Source: an uncultured Sangeribacter sp.
GTDB taxonomy: Bacteria; Bacteroidota; Bacteroidia; Bacteroidales; Muribaculaceae
Direction: 5' to 3'
Length of the DNA stretch: 64,000 bases
Assembly: GCA_964499025.1 (NCBI GenBank)
Contig: CAZCJC010000009.1
Span: forward strand, 3,519 to 67,518
A program made the translations under genes and the position numbers. Position 1 is the stretch's first letter. The number at the start of each line of letters is the position of its first letter. Of this stretch, positions 45,620 through 55,579 are shown in pieces. The notes below the pieces were generated by a model. That model saw nothing but the letters and a program-made list of their open reading frames with translations. It was not told the origin of the DNA and made no database searches.

Positions 45620-48600
45620 TTATTCACGAGTGATACTATATTGCTCGATCTCAGATGTAATGCCGGTATTATCCTTATCTTTCCATTTGGGTGGAGATAG
45701 TTTCTCTTGCAGCGCTTGGAATGCCACAAATAGAGCAGGGACTATAAGAACCTGGAGGATCATACCGATGAGCATACCGCCGATTGCACCGGAACCGAGA
45801 GCCTGATTACCATTGCGTCCGGCTCCGTGGGCAAACATCATCGGGAGAAGACCGATGATCATTGCCAGAGATGTCATGAGAATTGGCCTTAGACGAGCCC
45901 TTGCACCATGAATGGCAGATTTAAGAATACTCATACCCGTCTTACGGCGGTCGAGGGCAAACTCAACTATAAGGATTGCGTTCTTACAGAGAAGACCGAT
46001 AAGCATGATGAGTGCAATCTGGAGATAAATATTGTTGGCGATATCCATCATTCGTGCGAAGATAAACGCTCCCATCAAACCAAACGGAACTGAAAGAATA
46101 ACCGACCAAGGCAGTATATAACTTTCATACTGAGCTGAAAGGATTAGGTACACAAATAGAAGAACAAGTATAAATACGTAGCCCGTTGATCCGCTTGATC
46201 CGGATGCTTCCTCACGGGTCATACCTGAATACTCATAACCATAACCCGTTGGCAAAGTTTCAGCGGCAATCTTCTCAATAGCTTCAATAGCCTGACCGGA
46301 AGAGACCCCTTCTGCCGGTGTACCGGTAACTGAGATAGCGGTAAACATGTTGAAGCGGTTGATCATATCCGGGCCATATACACGAGTCAATTTGACAAAG
46401 TTGTCGATCGGAGCCATTGTAACCCCATTACGGACTTTGATCTGCTTAAGGGTTTCGGGAGATACTCGCGCATCAGGCTCAGCCTGCATCATGACGCGGT
46501 ATAGTTTTCCGAAACTGTTGAAGTTAGAGATATACATACCTCCATAGTATCCTTGTAGGGCAGATAGGATCTCACTCTGAGTTAAGCCTGCTTGTTTAAT
46601 CTTGGCCACATCAAGTTCCACCAGATACTGTGGGAATGTTGGATTGAAGTTAGAATAAGCCATCTGAATGTTGGGGTCAGCATTCAGAGCACCTATAAAC
46701 TTCTGATAGACTTCAAAGAATTTATCGAGACTTCCACCGGTCTTATCCTGAAGTTTGATCTCAAAACCATTAGTAGCTGAGTAACCTGTAATCATAGGGG
46801 GCTGGAAGAACATAATTCTACCATCCTTCACTATAGAAGTCTTCATGAATAGCTGACCAAGGATAGCATTTGCGCTCTCCGTGTTGTCATCTCGCTGATC
46901 CCAAGGTTTAAGTTTGATGATGAAAGATCCATAGGTGTTTCCTTGACCACCCACAAAACTATAACCTGTAATTGCCGTACGACTATTTACTGCAGGAATA
47001 GATCCAATAATACTGTCGACCTGATTCATTACAGCTTGCGTACGCTCCTGAGATGTTGCCGGAGGCATTGTAACTGCACCCATGATTGTACCTGTGTCCT
47101 CGGTAGGCACAAGGGCCGTCGGAGTGATGGCCATAAGCCAGACAAGCACTCCTATAGAAGCGGCTACAGAAGCGAAACCTATTATCTTATGATTCGTAAA
47201 CCAACTTACGCATTTCTCATACACGCTAAGTAGCTTTGCAAATGATTTGTTGAAAGCATCAATGAATGACTGAGTGAATACTCCGATGATTGCAAGGATT
47301 GCAACAATGACGGCGATTGAGCTAAGAGCGACATTTTCAAAAGTGTACCATCCAAGAACAAGGAATACAATAGCGGCAATGAGAAAAATAAGCGTAATGA
47401 TCGGTGGGAAAGTGAAACGCTTCTTGTAAGACTGAGCAACCGTTTTTGCAGCCTCACCATATGCTTCACTCATACGCTCTTTTAATGGTTTATCTTCATG
47501 TCCTTTTAAGAACAGCGCACAAAGGGCAGGGGATAGGGTGAGCGCGTTGATAGCGGAGAGGCCAATTGCCATTGCCATTGTAAGACCGAACTGACGATAG
47601 AAGATACCGGAAGTGCCTCCCAGGAAGGAGACGGGAATGAACACCAGCATCATTACGAGAGTAATGGAGATAAGGGCTCCGGCGATCTCATTCATTGCAT
47701 CAATAGAGGCTTTACGAGGAGATTTGTATCCTTGATCGAGCTTTGCGTGGACCGCCTCTACCACCACTATGGCATCATCGACCACTATTGCAATCGCAAG
47801 AACAAGAGCCGAGAGGGTAAGGAGGTTGAGGGTAAATCCGAATATATAGAGGAGAAAGAATGTACCTATGAGTGCAACAGGAATTGCAATCATAGGAATG
47901 AGTGTGGAACGGAAATCCTGAAGGAATATAAATACCACAAGGAACACAAGTATGAAAGCCTCAATAAGGGTCTTCACTACCTCATGGATTGATGCGAAAA
48001 GGAAGTCATTGACACTCATCGTAGTCATAAGGATCATACCAGCCGGGAGATCCTTACGCGCTTCATCAAGAAGTTTTTCTATATCCTCAATTACAGCGGT
48101 TGCATTTGAACCTGCCGATTGGAACACAATTGCGGAAGAACCGATATGTCCGTCATTAAGGTTTCCGAAACTGTAAGTAAGACGACCGAGCTCAATATCT
48201 GCAACGTCCTTTAGTCTTAAGATTTCACCATCAGAAGAGGCACGAAGGATAATATTTTCGAATTCTTCTTCCTTTGTAAAACGACCCTTATATTTAAGTA
48301 CATACTGGAAAGACTGGTCACCCTGCTCACCAAATTGTCCCGGAGCGGCTTCTACGTTTTGCTCAGCCAGAGCAGCCGATATATCGGAAGGCATAAGATT
48401 ATATTGAGCCATTACATCCGGCTTGAGCCAAATGCGCATAGAGTAATCAGCGCCGAATGCCATAGCCTCTCCTACACCCGGCACTCGTTTAATCTGAGGC
48501 AAGATGTTGATAGCCATATAGTTGTCGATAAACTGAGAAGAATATCTATCCTCAGGATCGTACATACCGATAACCATAAGCATTGAAGACTGACGCTTTT

Positions 48601-48991
48601 GTGTGGTGACACCAACCCGAGTAACCTCACTTGGAAGAAAAGATGTCGCCTTTGATACGCGGTTCTGAACATCTACTGCGGCCATATCAGGATCCATTCC
48701 TTGCTTGAAATGGACCTCAATGGATGCTGATCCGTCGTTAGTTGCAGATGACAACATGTAATCCATGTTTTCCGCACCGTTAATTTGTTCCTCAAGAGGA
48801 GCGATGACAGCATTAAGAACTGTCTGAGCGTTGGCACCGGTATATGTTGTGGATACCCTGATAGTAGGTGGAGCTATATCAGGATATTGTTCTATCGGTA
48901 GGCTGAACAGACCGAGAAGACCGAATATCACGATGAAAACCGAGATTACGGTAGAAAGCACCGGCCTGTTAATAAAAGTATCAAGTTTCAT
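45620..48991 (-). CDS. RND efflux permease (AcrB/HAE1 family), 1123 aa with insertion
   Basis: FINRPV, EQYPDIAPP, IVVDDAIVVVE, KNAILIVE, RLRPILMT. Confidence 0.95.
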   Translation of the reverse strand: MKLDTFINRPVLSTVISVFIVIFGLLGLFSLPIEQYPDIAPPTIRVSTTYTGANAQTVLNAVIAPLEEQINGAENMDYMLSSATNDGSASIEVHFKQGMDPDMAAVDVQNRVSKATSFLPSEVTRVGVTTQKRQSSMLMVIGMYDPEDRYSSQFIDNYMAINILPQIKRVPGVGEAMAFGADYSMRIWLKPDVMAQYNLMPSDISAALAEQNVEAAPGQFGEQGDQSFQYVLKYKGRFTKEEEFENIILRASSDGEILRLKDVADIELGRLTYSFGNLNDGHIGSSAIVFQSAGSNATAVIEDIEKLLDEARKDLPAGMILMTTMSVNDFLFASIHEVVKTLIEAFILVFLVVFIFLQDFRSTLIPMIAIPVALIGTFFLLYIFGFTLNLLTLSALVLAIAIVVDDAIVVVEAVHAKLDQGYKSPRKASIDAMNEIAGALISITLVMMLVFIPVSFLGGTSGIFYRQFGLTMAMAIGLSAINALTLSPALCALFLKGHEDKPLKERMSEAYGEAAKTVAQSYKKRFTFPPIITLIFLIAAIVFLVLGWYTFENVALSSIAVIVAILAIIGVFTQSFIDAFNKSFAKLLSVYEKCVSWFTNHKIIGFASVAASIGVLVWLMAITPTALVPTEDTGTIMGAVTMPPATSQERTQAVMNQVDSIIGSIPAVNSRTAITGYSFVGGQGNTYGSFIIKLKPWDQRDDNTESANAILGQLFMKTSIVKDGRIMFFQPPMITGYSATNGFEIKLQDKTGGSLDKFFEVYQKFIGALNADPNIQMAYSNFNPTFPQYLVELDVAKIKQAGLTQSEILSALQGYYGGMYISNFNSFGKLYRVMMQAEPDARVSPETLKQIKVRNGVTMAPIDNFVKLTRVYGPDMINRFNMFTAISVTGTPAEGVSSGQAIEAIEKIAAETLPTGYGYEYSGMTREEASGSSGSTGYVFILVLLFVYLILSAQYESYILPWSVILSVPFGLMGAFIFARMMDIANNIYLQIALIMLIGLLCKNAILIVEFALDRRKTGMSILKSAIHGARARLRPILMTSLAMIIGLLPMMFAHGAGRNGNQALGSGAIGGMLIGMILQVLIVPALFVAFQALQEKLSPPKWKDKDNTGITSEIEQYSITRE

Positions 48992-49034
48992 ATAATGTCA
49001 ATTCAAGTATTTTACCTGTTTATGATACGTTTAA

Positions 49035-50210
49035 TTACTTTGCTGGCTGAGCCTGCTCGGCCGGGGTAGTCTGTTGAATCGGGGCTGTTTCTGATTTCGG
49101 AGTTATAATGAGACCATCTTTAGCTGTGATACCAACACCTTCAGTTACGATTACATCTCCGGTCTTAAGACCTGAGGTCACGATAAAGTTCTTGCCATCA
49201 TTTTCTGATGCAACAGTAATCGGGGTAGAATGAAGTTTTGCAGAATCACCGACAACATATACAAAGCGCATATCCTGAATTTCAAAAGTTGCGCTTTGTG
49301 GAATCTGAATAGTTGAATTATGTTCTGTCGGAATAAGTACCCGACCTGTATTACCACTTCTCAACATACCATCAGGATTCGGGAAATCAGCCTTTGTCTG
49401 GGCACTACCGGTGGCTGAGCTGATAACTCCGGAGATAGAGATGATTTTTCCCTTGTGTGGATAGATTGAGCCGTCAGCAAGGCGTAAGGTTACCTCCGGC
49501 ATAGCAGCTATAGCCTCATTAATTGTGCGTTTCCCTCCATCTGTAAATTCAAGAAGTGTCTTTTCATTAATTGAGAATACGGCTTGCATAGTACTGTTGT
49601 CAGAAAGCATCGTCAATAAAGTAGATGGACTAACAAGAGTACCCTCCTTAAACGGTATTTCACCCACATACCCCGACACCGGAGCAGTTACAGTGGAATA
49701 TGACAAATTCTTGCGGGCCGAGATCAACCCTGCCTGTGCTTGCTGAAGCTGAGCCTTGGCAGCATTGAGGGCATCTACAGAAGTCTGGTATGCCGGTGCA
49801 CTGATAATATTTTTATCAAGAAGAATCTTATTATTGTTTGCATTTGTCTGGGCTGTGTTGACATTGGCCTGAGCAACAGCTACAGCAGCCTGTGCCTGAT
49901 CCACGGCAGCCTGGAGCTGAACCTGATCAATTGTAAATAGCACTTGACCTTTGCGCACATATTGTCCGTCATCAACATGAACCTTAGTAAGAAAGCCAGT
50001 GATCTGTGGGCGAATCTCAACGTCGTTTGTTCCTTCAAGTGTTGCGGGGATTGCAGTTTCAAGTGATGCATCCGATTCGCTGATCGTCATTACTGTTAAT
50101 TCAGGTGCGTTCCCCATTTGCTGTTGTTGATTGTTTCCTTTGCATGAAGGAAGAGCCATCGCTACTGTTACTCCCAATAACGATAATGCACTCAGTTTTC
50201 TAATTCTCAT
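49035..50210 (-). CDS. RND efflux periplasmic adaptor lipoprotein (AcrA family)
   Basis: Lipobox LPSC, VEIRPQITG, GQVLFTID, VTAPVSG, GLKTGDVIVTEG. Confidence 0.93.
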   Translation of the reverse strand: MRIRKLSALSLLGVTVAMALPSCKGNNQQQQMGNAPELTVMTISESDASLETAIPATLEGTNDVEIRPQITGFLTKVHVDDGQYVRKGQVLFTIDQVQLQAAVDQAQAAVAVAQANVNTAQTNANNNKILLDKNIISAPAYQTSVDALNAAKAQLQQAQAGLISARKNLSYSTVTAPVSGYVGEIPFKEGTLVSPSTLLTMLSDNSTMQAVFSINEKTLLEFTDGGKRTINEAIAAMPEVTLRLADGSIYPHKGKIISISGVISSATGSAQTKADFPNPDGMLRSGNTGRVLIPTEHNSTIQIPQSATFEIQDMRFVYVVGDSAKLHSTPITVASENDGKNFIVTSGLKTGDVIVTEGVGITAKDGLIITPKSETAPIQQTTPAEQAQPAK

Positions 50211-50295
50211 TTTAAATTGTGTTTAGTAGATATTTTACCTGTTTATCGGGAATTACGGAGAAGGGTCGAGGGTCAAAACTATAATACCCTTCATA

Positions 50296-50478
50296 TAAGC
50301 AGCTCACAAAAATAAATTAATGTAAATAAAATGATATTAATGAAAGCTAAACCTGGTTCTTTTGTGTTACTTTTGGCCCTGACTTAGTCACATAGTCTAC
50401 TATGCTCCTTCAGCCGAAACCAAAATCAATTCAAAATCACGGCGTTTTATCTATTCATTAATTTCTGCGAGCTACTTA
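50296..50478 (-). repeat. Dispersed structured element copy C (183 bp), inverted relative to A and B
   Basis: First 37 nt of reverse complement identical to B; core gaaggagcatag-taga-ctatgtgact. Confidence 0.9.
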
Positions 50479-50617
50479 CATAGTAATCCACAATACAAAA
50501 TTAACAAAATTTATTCAGAAATAACCAATAAGAGTACAATAAAGGGAAAATATGACCAATATTGCGCCAATCTATAAAACTGATTCCAGGTTATTAGTTT
50601 TATTAAGTTTTACTATT

Positions 50618-50693
50618 GAAGTCCTCTAAACTAATATACGAAAGTTAAAAATCGTCTTCGAAAATCTTAATAAAAATTAGTTTAGACAGCTTC
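50618..50693. repeat. Internally deleted subfamily-2 element H (76 bp; ends only)
   Basis: gaagtcctctaaactaatatacgaaagttaaaaatcgtcttc ... aaaaattagtttagacagcttc, flanked by att/att. Confidence 0.8.
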
Positions 50694-50703
50694 ATTCTGA
50701 AAC

Positions 50704-50745
50704 AATAAATCGCTGCAGTTGAAATTTCTACTGCAGCGATTTATT
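50704..50745. terminator. Intrinsic terminator downstream of ftsH
   Basis: aataaatcgctgcagt / actgcagcgatttatt perfect IR. Confidence 0.85.
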
Positions 50746-50764
50746 ATAATGTTAGTATTACTGT

Positions 50765-52819
50765 TTATTTGGTAAAAGGAGGGGGAGTACCGGGATCCGA
50801 ATCATCCTGTGTGATTTCGAAACCATCTGCGGGAATAAATTCAGAGTCATCATTATTATCAGGATTAAGTTTCTCCTTTTCCTCCTCTTTCTTGGAAAGC
50901 TCAATTATCTCATCCGTGCGGGATTTCCACTGACGTTTACCCAGAATTTTCTCAACATCATCATGATAAATAACCTCTCGTTCAACAAGAAGGTCACGAA
51001 TCTGATTATGTTGTGTAGCATATTTTCTGAGAATATCTTTTGCTCTTTCATATTGCTCGTTAACAATTCTCATCACCTCGGCATCAATGATCTTTGCTGT
51101 GTCATCTGAATACGGCTTGGTAAAGCCCATATCCTGACCTGTAGAATCGTTATAATTCAGATTAGGGAGCTTATCACTCATACCGTAGACAAGAACAAGG
51201 GATCTTGCAATTTTTGTGCATTTTTCCAAGTCATCACTTGCTCCTGTGCCAACTTGCCCCATGAACACCTCTTCTGCAGCTCTTCCGGCAAGAAGGCCGC
51301 ACATTGTGTCTAATAACGCCTGAGTCGGAATAATCTGTCTCTCTTCGGGTGCATACCAGGCAGCTCCCAAAGCACGCCCACGAGGCACAATCGTAACTTT
51401 AACGAGAGGATTGCCATATTGAAGCATCCATGTTATTGTGGCGTGGCCTGCTTCGTGCGTTGCGATGGCATGTTTCTCCTCATCTGTAATAATACGAGAT
51501 TTCTTCTCCATTCCTCCAACTATCCTGTCAATTGCGGCCATGAAGTCATCCCAGTCTACTGCCTGTTTATTATTTCTCGCCGCTATAAGTGCTGCCTCAT
51601 TACATACGTTTGCAATATCTGCTCCGGAGAATCCTTGAGTCTGACGAGCAAGCTGCTCAACATCCAGACGGCTATTTACCTTGATGTTTCTCAGATGAAC
51701 ATTGAAAATCTCAACACGATCGGTCAATTCGGGAAGATCCACATAAATCTGGCGGTCAAAACGACCCGGGCGTAACAGAGCTTTGTCAAGCATGTCGGCG
51801 CGGTTAGTCGCCGCAAGACATATGACACCATTGTTTGATTGGAAACCATCCATCTCAGTCAGCATCTGATTGAGAGTGTTTTCACGCTCATCATTTGAAC
51901 CCATGTTAGGATTCTTACCGCGGGCTCTACCCACCGCGTCAATCTCATCAATAAATACGATACATGGAGCTTTCTCCTTGGCCTGTTTGAAAAGATCCCT
52001 TACGCGGGCGGCTCCCACTCCGACAAACATCTCAACAAAATCGGAACCAGACATAGAAAGGAAGGGGACATTTGCTTCTCCGGCCACCGCCTTTGCAAGA
52101 AGGGTCTTACCCGTTCCGGGAGGGCCTACCAATAATGCTCCACGCGGTATCTTTGCACCAAGTTCAGTATATTTTTGTGGATTTTTCAGGAATTCTACGA
52201 TTTCCTCAATCTCCACTTTGGCCTCAGCAAGCCCGGCTACATCTTTAAATGTGACATTTGTGCCATTATTTTTATCAAAAACCATGGCTTTGGATTTTCC
52301 GACATTGAAAATACCCCCACCGCCACCGGGACCACTGCTCATCCTCTTTGACATGTAGACCATGAAGATCACAATAAGGATGATTGGGCCAAATGACCAG
52401 AATATTTTCATAAAGTCACTTCCTTTCTGGTAATTGACTTTAATCTCTGCCTTACCTTCACTCGAAAGAGTCGTGTTCCAAGCATCTATCTTTTCCTGAA
52501 TTTTATCCGATGAGGGGATGGTTGTCTTGATCTTTTTCTCTCCTGAAAAGGAATTGTCCATATCGAACTTCAGCTTTTTTGCACCCTGATCGGTAAGAAT
52601 ACCCTCAGCTATCCCATTTTCAGAAAAGACAATGATTTTGCTGATGTCACCGGCCACAGCTGTTTTTTCAAAATCTGTCCAGTTGACATCCTTGGTCTGT
52701 GAACTGTCCTGAAAATAGTAGAGAGCCAGAATTGAAAGTCCGATCAATACATACATCCAGTACATATTGAAAAGTGGACGTTTGTTTCGATTTCCTTGTT
52801 TTTTATTAGATGGAAACAT
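50765..52819 (-). CDS. ftsH: ATP-dependent zinc metalloprotease FtsH
   Basis: [27 protein letters not shown]. Confidence 0.97.
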   Translation of the reverse strand: MFPSNKKQGNRNKRPLFNMYWMYVLIGLSILALYYFQDSSQTKDVNWTDFEKTAVAGDISKIIVFSENGIAEGILTDQGAKKLKFDMDNSFSGEKKIKTTIPSSDKIQEKIDAWNTTLSSEGKAEIKVNYQKGSDFMKIFWSFGPIILIVIFMVYMSKRMSSGPGGGGGIFNVGKSKAMVFDKNNGTNVTFKDVAGLAEAKVEIEEIVEFLKNPQKYTELGAKIPRGALLVGPPGTGKTLLAKAVAGEANVPFLSMSGSDFVEMFVGVGAARVRDLFKQAKEKAPCIVFIDEIDAVGRARGKNPNMGSNDERENTLNQMLTEMDGFQSNNGVICLAATNRADMLDKALLRPGRFDRQIYVDLPELTDRVEIFNVHLRNIKVNSRLDVEQLARQTQGFSGADIANVCNEAALIAARNNKQAVDWDDFMAAIDRIVGGMEKKSRIITDEEKHAIATHEAGHATITWMLQYGNPLVKVTIVPRGRALGAAWYAPEERQIIPTQALLDTMCGLLAGRAAEEVFMGQVGTGASDDLEKCTKIARSLVLVYGMSDKLPNLNYNDSTGQDMGFTKPYSDDTAKIIDAEVMRIVNEQYERAKDILRKYATQHNQIRDLLVEREVIYHDDVEKILGKRQWKSRTDEIIELSKKEEEKEKLNPDNNDDSEFIPADGFEITQDDSDPGTPPPFTK

Positions 52820-52863
52820 TATTTATTAGGCTTATGTTTTATGGAAAATATCTGTATTTTTTA

Positions 52864-53226
52864 TCAATCCAAATCTGGAACCTTCAGGAAGTCTGCGTCG
52901 CTCCATAGGTCTTCAAGATTGTAGAATTCCCTTACCTCAGGCATAAACACATGAATCATCAGATTTCCGTAATCCAGAACTATCCATTGTGAGTTCTTAT
53001 AGCCATCGTAATTATAGGGTTTGAGATTAAGTTTCTCCCGCAATTCCTCTCGGATATTATCAGCAATTGCTGCCACCTGTGAAGTTGATCGGCCTTGACA
53101 GATAATAAAATTGAAAGCAGGCGCACTTTCAATCTTTTCGAGATCAAGGACAGTGATTTGTTTACCTTTTATATTTTGAATTGCTTCGATTGCAAGCGAA
53201 ACAGGTTCGGATAAATTTCTATTCAT
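52864..53226 (-). CDS. rsfS: Ribosomal silencing factor RsfS
   Basis: KGKQITVLD, WIVLDYG, HVF..REFYNLEDLW. Confidence 0.93.
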   Translation of the reverse strand: MNRNLSEPVSLAIEAIQNIKGKQITVLDLEKIESAPAFNFIICQGRSTSQVAAIADNIREELREKLNLKPYNYDGYKNSQWIVLDYGNLMIHVFMPEVREFYNLEDLWSDADFLKVPDLD

Positions 53227-53317
53227 AACTAATTATTAACAAATAATATGCCAATTCAGATTAATGAAATTTGCATTTGGGGCACGAATTTAACAATTAT
53301 TATTTATAAATCCGTTG

Positions 53318-53854
53318 TTAATCCTCTTTATCGGTTAATTTTTTTGTAAAAACATTCATACCTATTGACTTATTTCCAGATATAAGCCAATCAGGCAGAG
53401 TCCCTCTGAGACTGTACCCCGCATTCTTGAAAAGAATAGTACTAATGAGATTTGTCTCAGCTATTTTTGCACCCAGCTGAACAAGATTTAGCAATTTGAA
53501 GGCATATGATTCAAGAAGCTTTAGTGATCTTTTTGCATATCCGTTATTTCTCTCGCTCTTCATGATATATATCCCGACAAGAGCTCTTCTATGTTGAGCC
53601 GAAATCTCATAAAGATCAATCGCTCCAATCTGTCGTGATGAGTCTTTGTTTTCTATTATAAGCCTGAGTTGGCCGGAAGAGAATGGGTTGGAGTCGTAGG
53701 TCAAAGCATATTGCTGCATATTTTCTTTCGAGTAAGGTGCCAACAATGAATTTTCAATCCATTGTGAGGAGTCGGCCTCAATCAGCGACATAAAAGAAGC
53801 ATCTTCAGGCTCAACCGGCCTTAATCTCAATCTATCATCCTCAAGAAATATCAT
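53318..53854 (-). CDS. GNAT (RimJ/RimL-like) N-acetyltransferase
   Basis: [21 protein letters not shown]...RNNGYA. Confidence 0.85.
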   Translation of the reverse strand: MIFLEDDRLRLRPVEPEDASFMSLIEADSSQWIENSLLAPYSKENMQQYALTYDSNPFSSGQLRLIIENKDSSRQIGAIDLYEISAQHRRALVGIYIMKSERNNGYAKRSLKLLESYAFKLLNLVQLGAKIAETNLISTILFKNAGYSLRGTLPDWLISGNKSIGMNVFTKKLTDKED

Positions 53855-54483
53855 AACTTGTCATAAAATGTATCCGAGAAAAGCATTCTGTTCTGTATTG
53901 ATCTTCCGAGGGTGAGTTCATCGGCATATTCCAATTCGTTTCCGATACTGAGTCCTCTTGCAAGCATAGTAATCTTCACCGGGAGATGTGAGAGCTTTCT
54001 ATATATATAGAAATTTGTAGTGTCACCCTCCATAGTCGGACTTAGAGCAAGGATCACTTCTTGAACCTGATCATTCTCGACCCTTTCCACCAGACTTTCT
54101 ATTTCAAGATCGGTTGGGCTAACACCATCAAGAGGTGAGATCAAACCACCCAGAACATGATATAGACCTTTATGTTCATGTGTTGACTCAATGGTGATGA
54201 CATCCTTTACGTTTTCAACCACGCATACTGTCTCTTTATCTCTTCTCGGATCGGAACATATCGGACAAACTTCATTCTCACTTATATTATGGCAGTGAGA
54301 ACAATACCTCACGTTCTCTCTCATTTCAATGATTGAATTTCCCAGACTTAATGCCACTTCCTTATCTTGACGCAGCAGGTGTAACGCTAATCGCAATGCT
54401 GTTTTACTTCCGATTCCCGGGAGCTTTGAAAGCTCTGACACGGCATTATCAAGCAATCTTGAATTAAAACTTTGTTCTATCAT
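53851..54483 (-). CDS. recR: Recombination mediator RecR
   Basis: [13 protein letters not shown]4 zinc finger CSHCH...[19 protein letters not shown]. Confidence 0.96.
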   Translation of the reverse strand: MIEQSFNSRLLDNAVSELSKLPGIGSKTALRLALHLLRQDKEVALSLGNSIIEMRENVRYCSHCHNISENEVCPICSDPRRDKETVCVVENVKDVITIESTHEHKGLYHVLGGLISPLDGVSPTDLEIESLVERVENDQVQEVILALSPTMEGDTTNFYIYRKLSHLPVKITMLARGLSIGNELEYADELTLGRSIQNRMLFSDTFYDKL

Positions 54484-54512
54484 GAACTAACCATTCAGTT
54501 ATTTGACCCAAT

Positions 54513-54702
54513 GAAGTTGTCTACACTAATTTACGAAAGTTAAAAATCGTCTTCAAAAAATCTTTTATTAACCTTTCCGGATCTTTTGGGGTGCTTTTTC
54601 CCTTTTCATCGGTGCCAACCGAGAGGTTGCCACCTCTTCAAATTAAATATCATCTCCAAAATATCTCGAATATGTTAATAAAAAATTAGTTTAGACAACT
54701 TC
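54513..54702 (-). repeat. Dispersed structured element, subfamily 2, copy I (190 bp)
   Basis: 20-bp TIR gaagttgtctacactaattt / aaattagtttagacaacttc (1 mismatch), flanked by aat/aat. Confidence 0.88.
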
Positions 54703-54745
54703 AATCTAAAATCCTCCTGGACTTGAATTTTTATCTTCGACACTA

Positions 54746-54753
54746 CAAAATTA
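54746..54753 (-). promoter_or_regulatory. -7 box candidate (TAATTTTG) for recR-GNAT
   Basis: Matches TAnnTTTG on the minus strand, upstream of element I. Confidence 0.45.
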
Positions 54754-55000
54754 GTAAAAAACAATAATTATCCCTAATTTTACACTCTCAACCATATAGA
54801 ACCCGATTATAATGAACTCAATAATCTTGACGGTGTGTGATAATATATCATCTGCTGCCAGCTTTCTGAATTAGCCTTGCTCCAGATGCATACTGACGCA
54901 CCTTAGGGGCTGACCCTAATATATCCTAATATATATTGACGTAGCCTCAATTTCTCAAACATACTTATAATTGATGAAGTTAAAATAGGATCCTTTAATT

Positions 55001-55579
55001 ATGATAGATTATATTTCAGGACAGATTACAGAGCTCACTCCAACCTCTGCCGTCATCGATTGCTCCGGAATAGGATATGAGATAAATATCACCCTCATAG
55101 ACTATTCCAATATTAATACTGCTAAAACATGCAAACTATTTATTCATGAATCAATACGGGAGGATGCGCATCTTTTGTATGGCTTCCTTTCAAAACAGAC
55201 ACGTGAATTGTTCAGATTACTGATCGGGGTAAGCGGTGTTGGTCCCAATACTGCCCGTCTAATTCTTTCCTATCTGACAACCGGCCAGCTTGAGAGTTCC
55301 ATAGCTTCAGGTGATGATAAACCTCTCAAAGCTGTGAAAGGGATAGGGGGGAAAACAGCTCAACGAATAATCGTTGACCTAAAAGATAAAATAAAAGTAG
55401 AGTCGGAGGCGTTAATTACAAGTACGCCGGCAAATGAATCATACAATGATTCAGTGGCAGCCTTGGTAATGCTTGGATTTACTACTCAACAGAGTCAGAA
55501 AGTACTGAAGAAACTTTTTGCTGAACATCCATCGCTAACCACCGAGAAAGCCATCAAGCTCGCATTGACTATGCTCTGA
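55001..55579 (+). CDS. ruvA: Holliday junction branch migration protein RuvA
   Basis: [39 protein letters not shown]. Confidence 0.96.
   Translation: MIDYISGQITELTPTSAVIDCSGIGYEINITLIDYSNINTAKTCKLFIHESIREDAHLLYGFLSKQTRELFRLLIGVSGVGPNTARLILSYLTTGQLESSIASGDDKPLKAVKGIGGKTAQRIIVDLKDKIKVESEALITSTPANESYNDSVAALVMLGFTTQQSQKVLKKLFAEHPSLTTEKAIKLALTML

Noticed and set aside
54905-54915. ggggctgac resembling the tmRNA 5' end
   Set aside because: Downstream sequence lacks the D-loop, tag ORF and 3' tRNA-like end.
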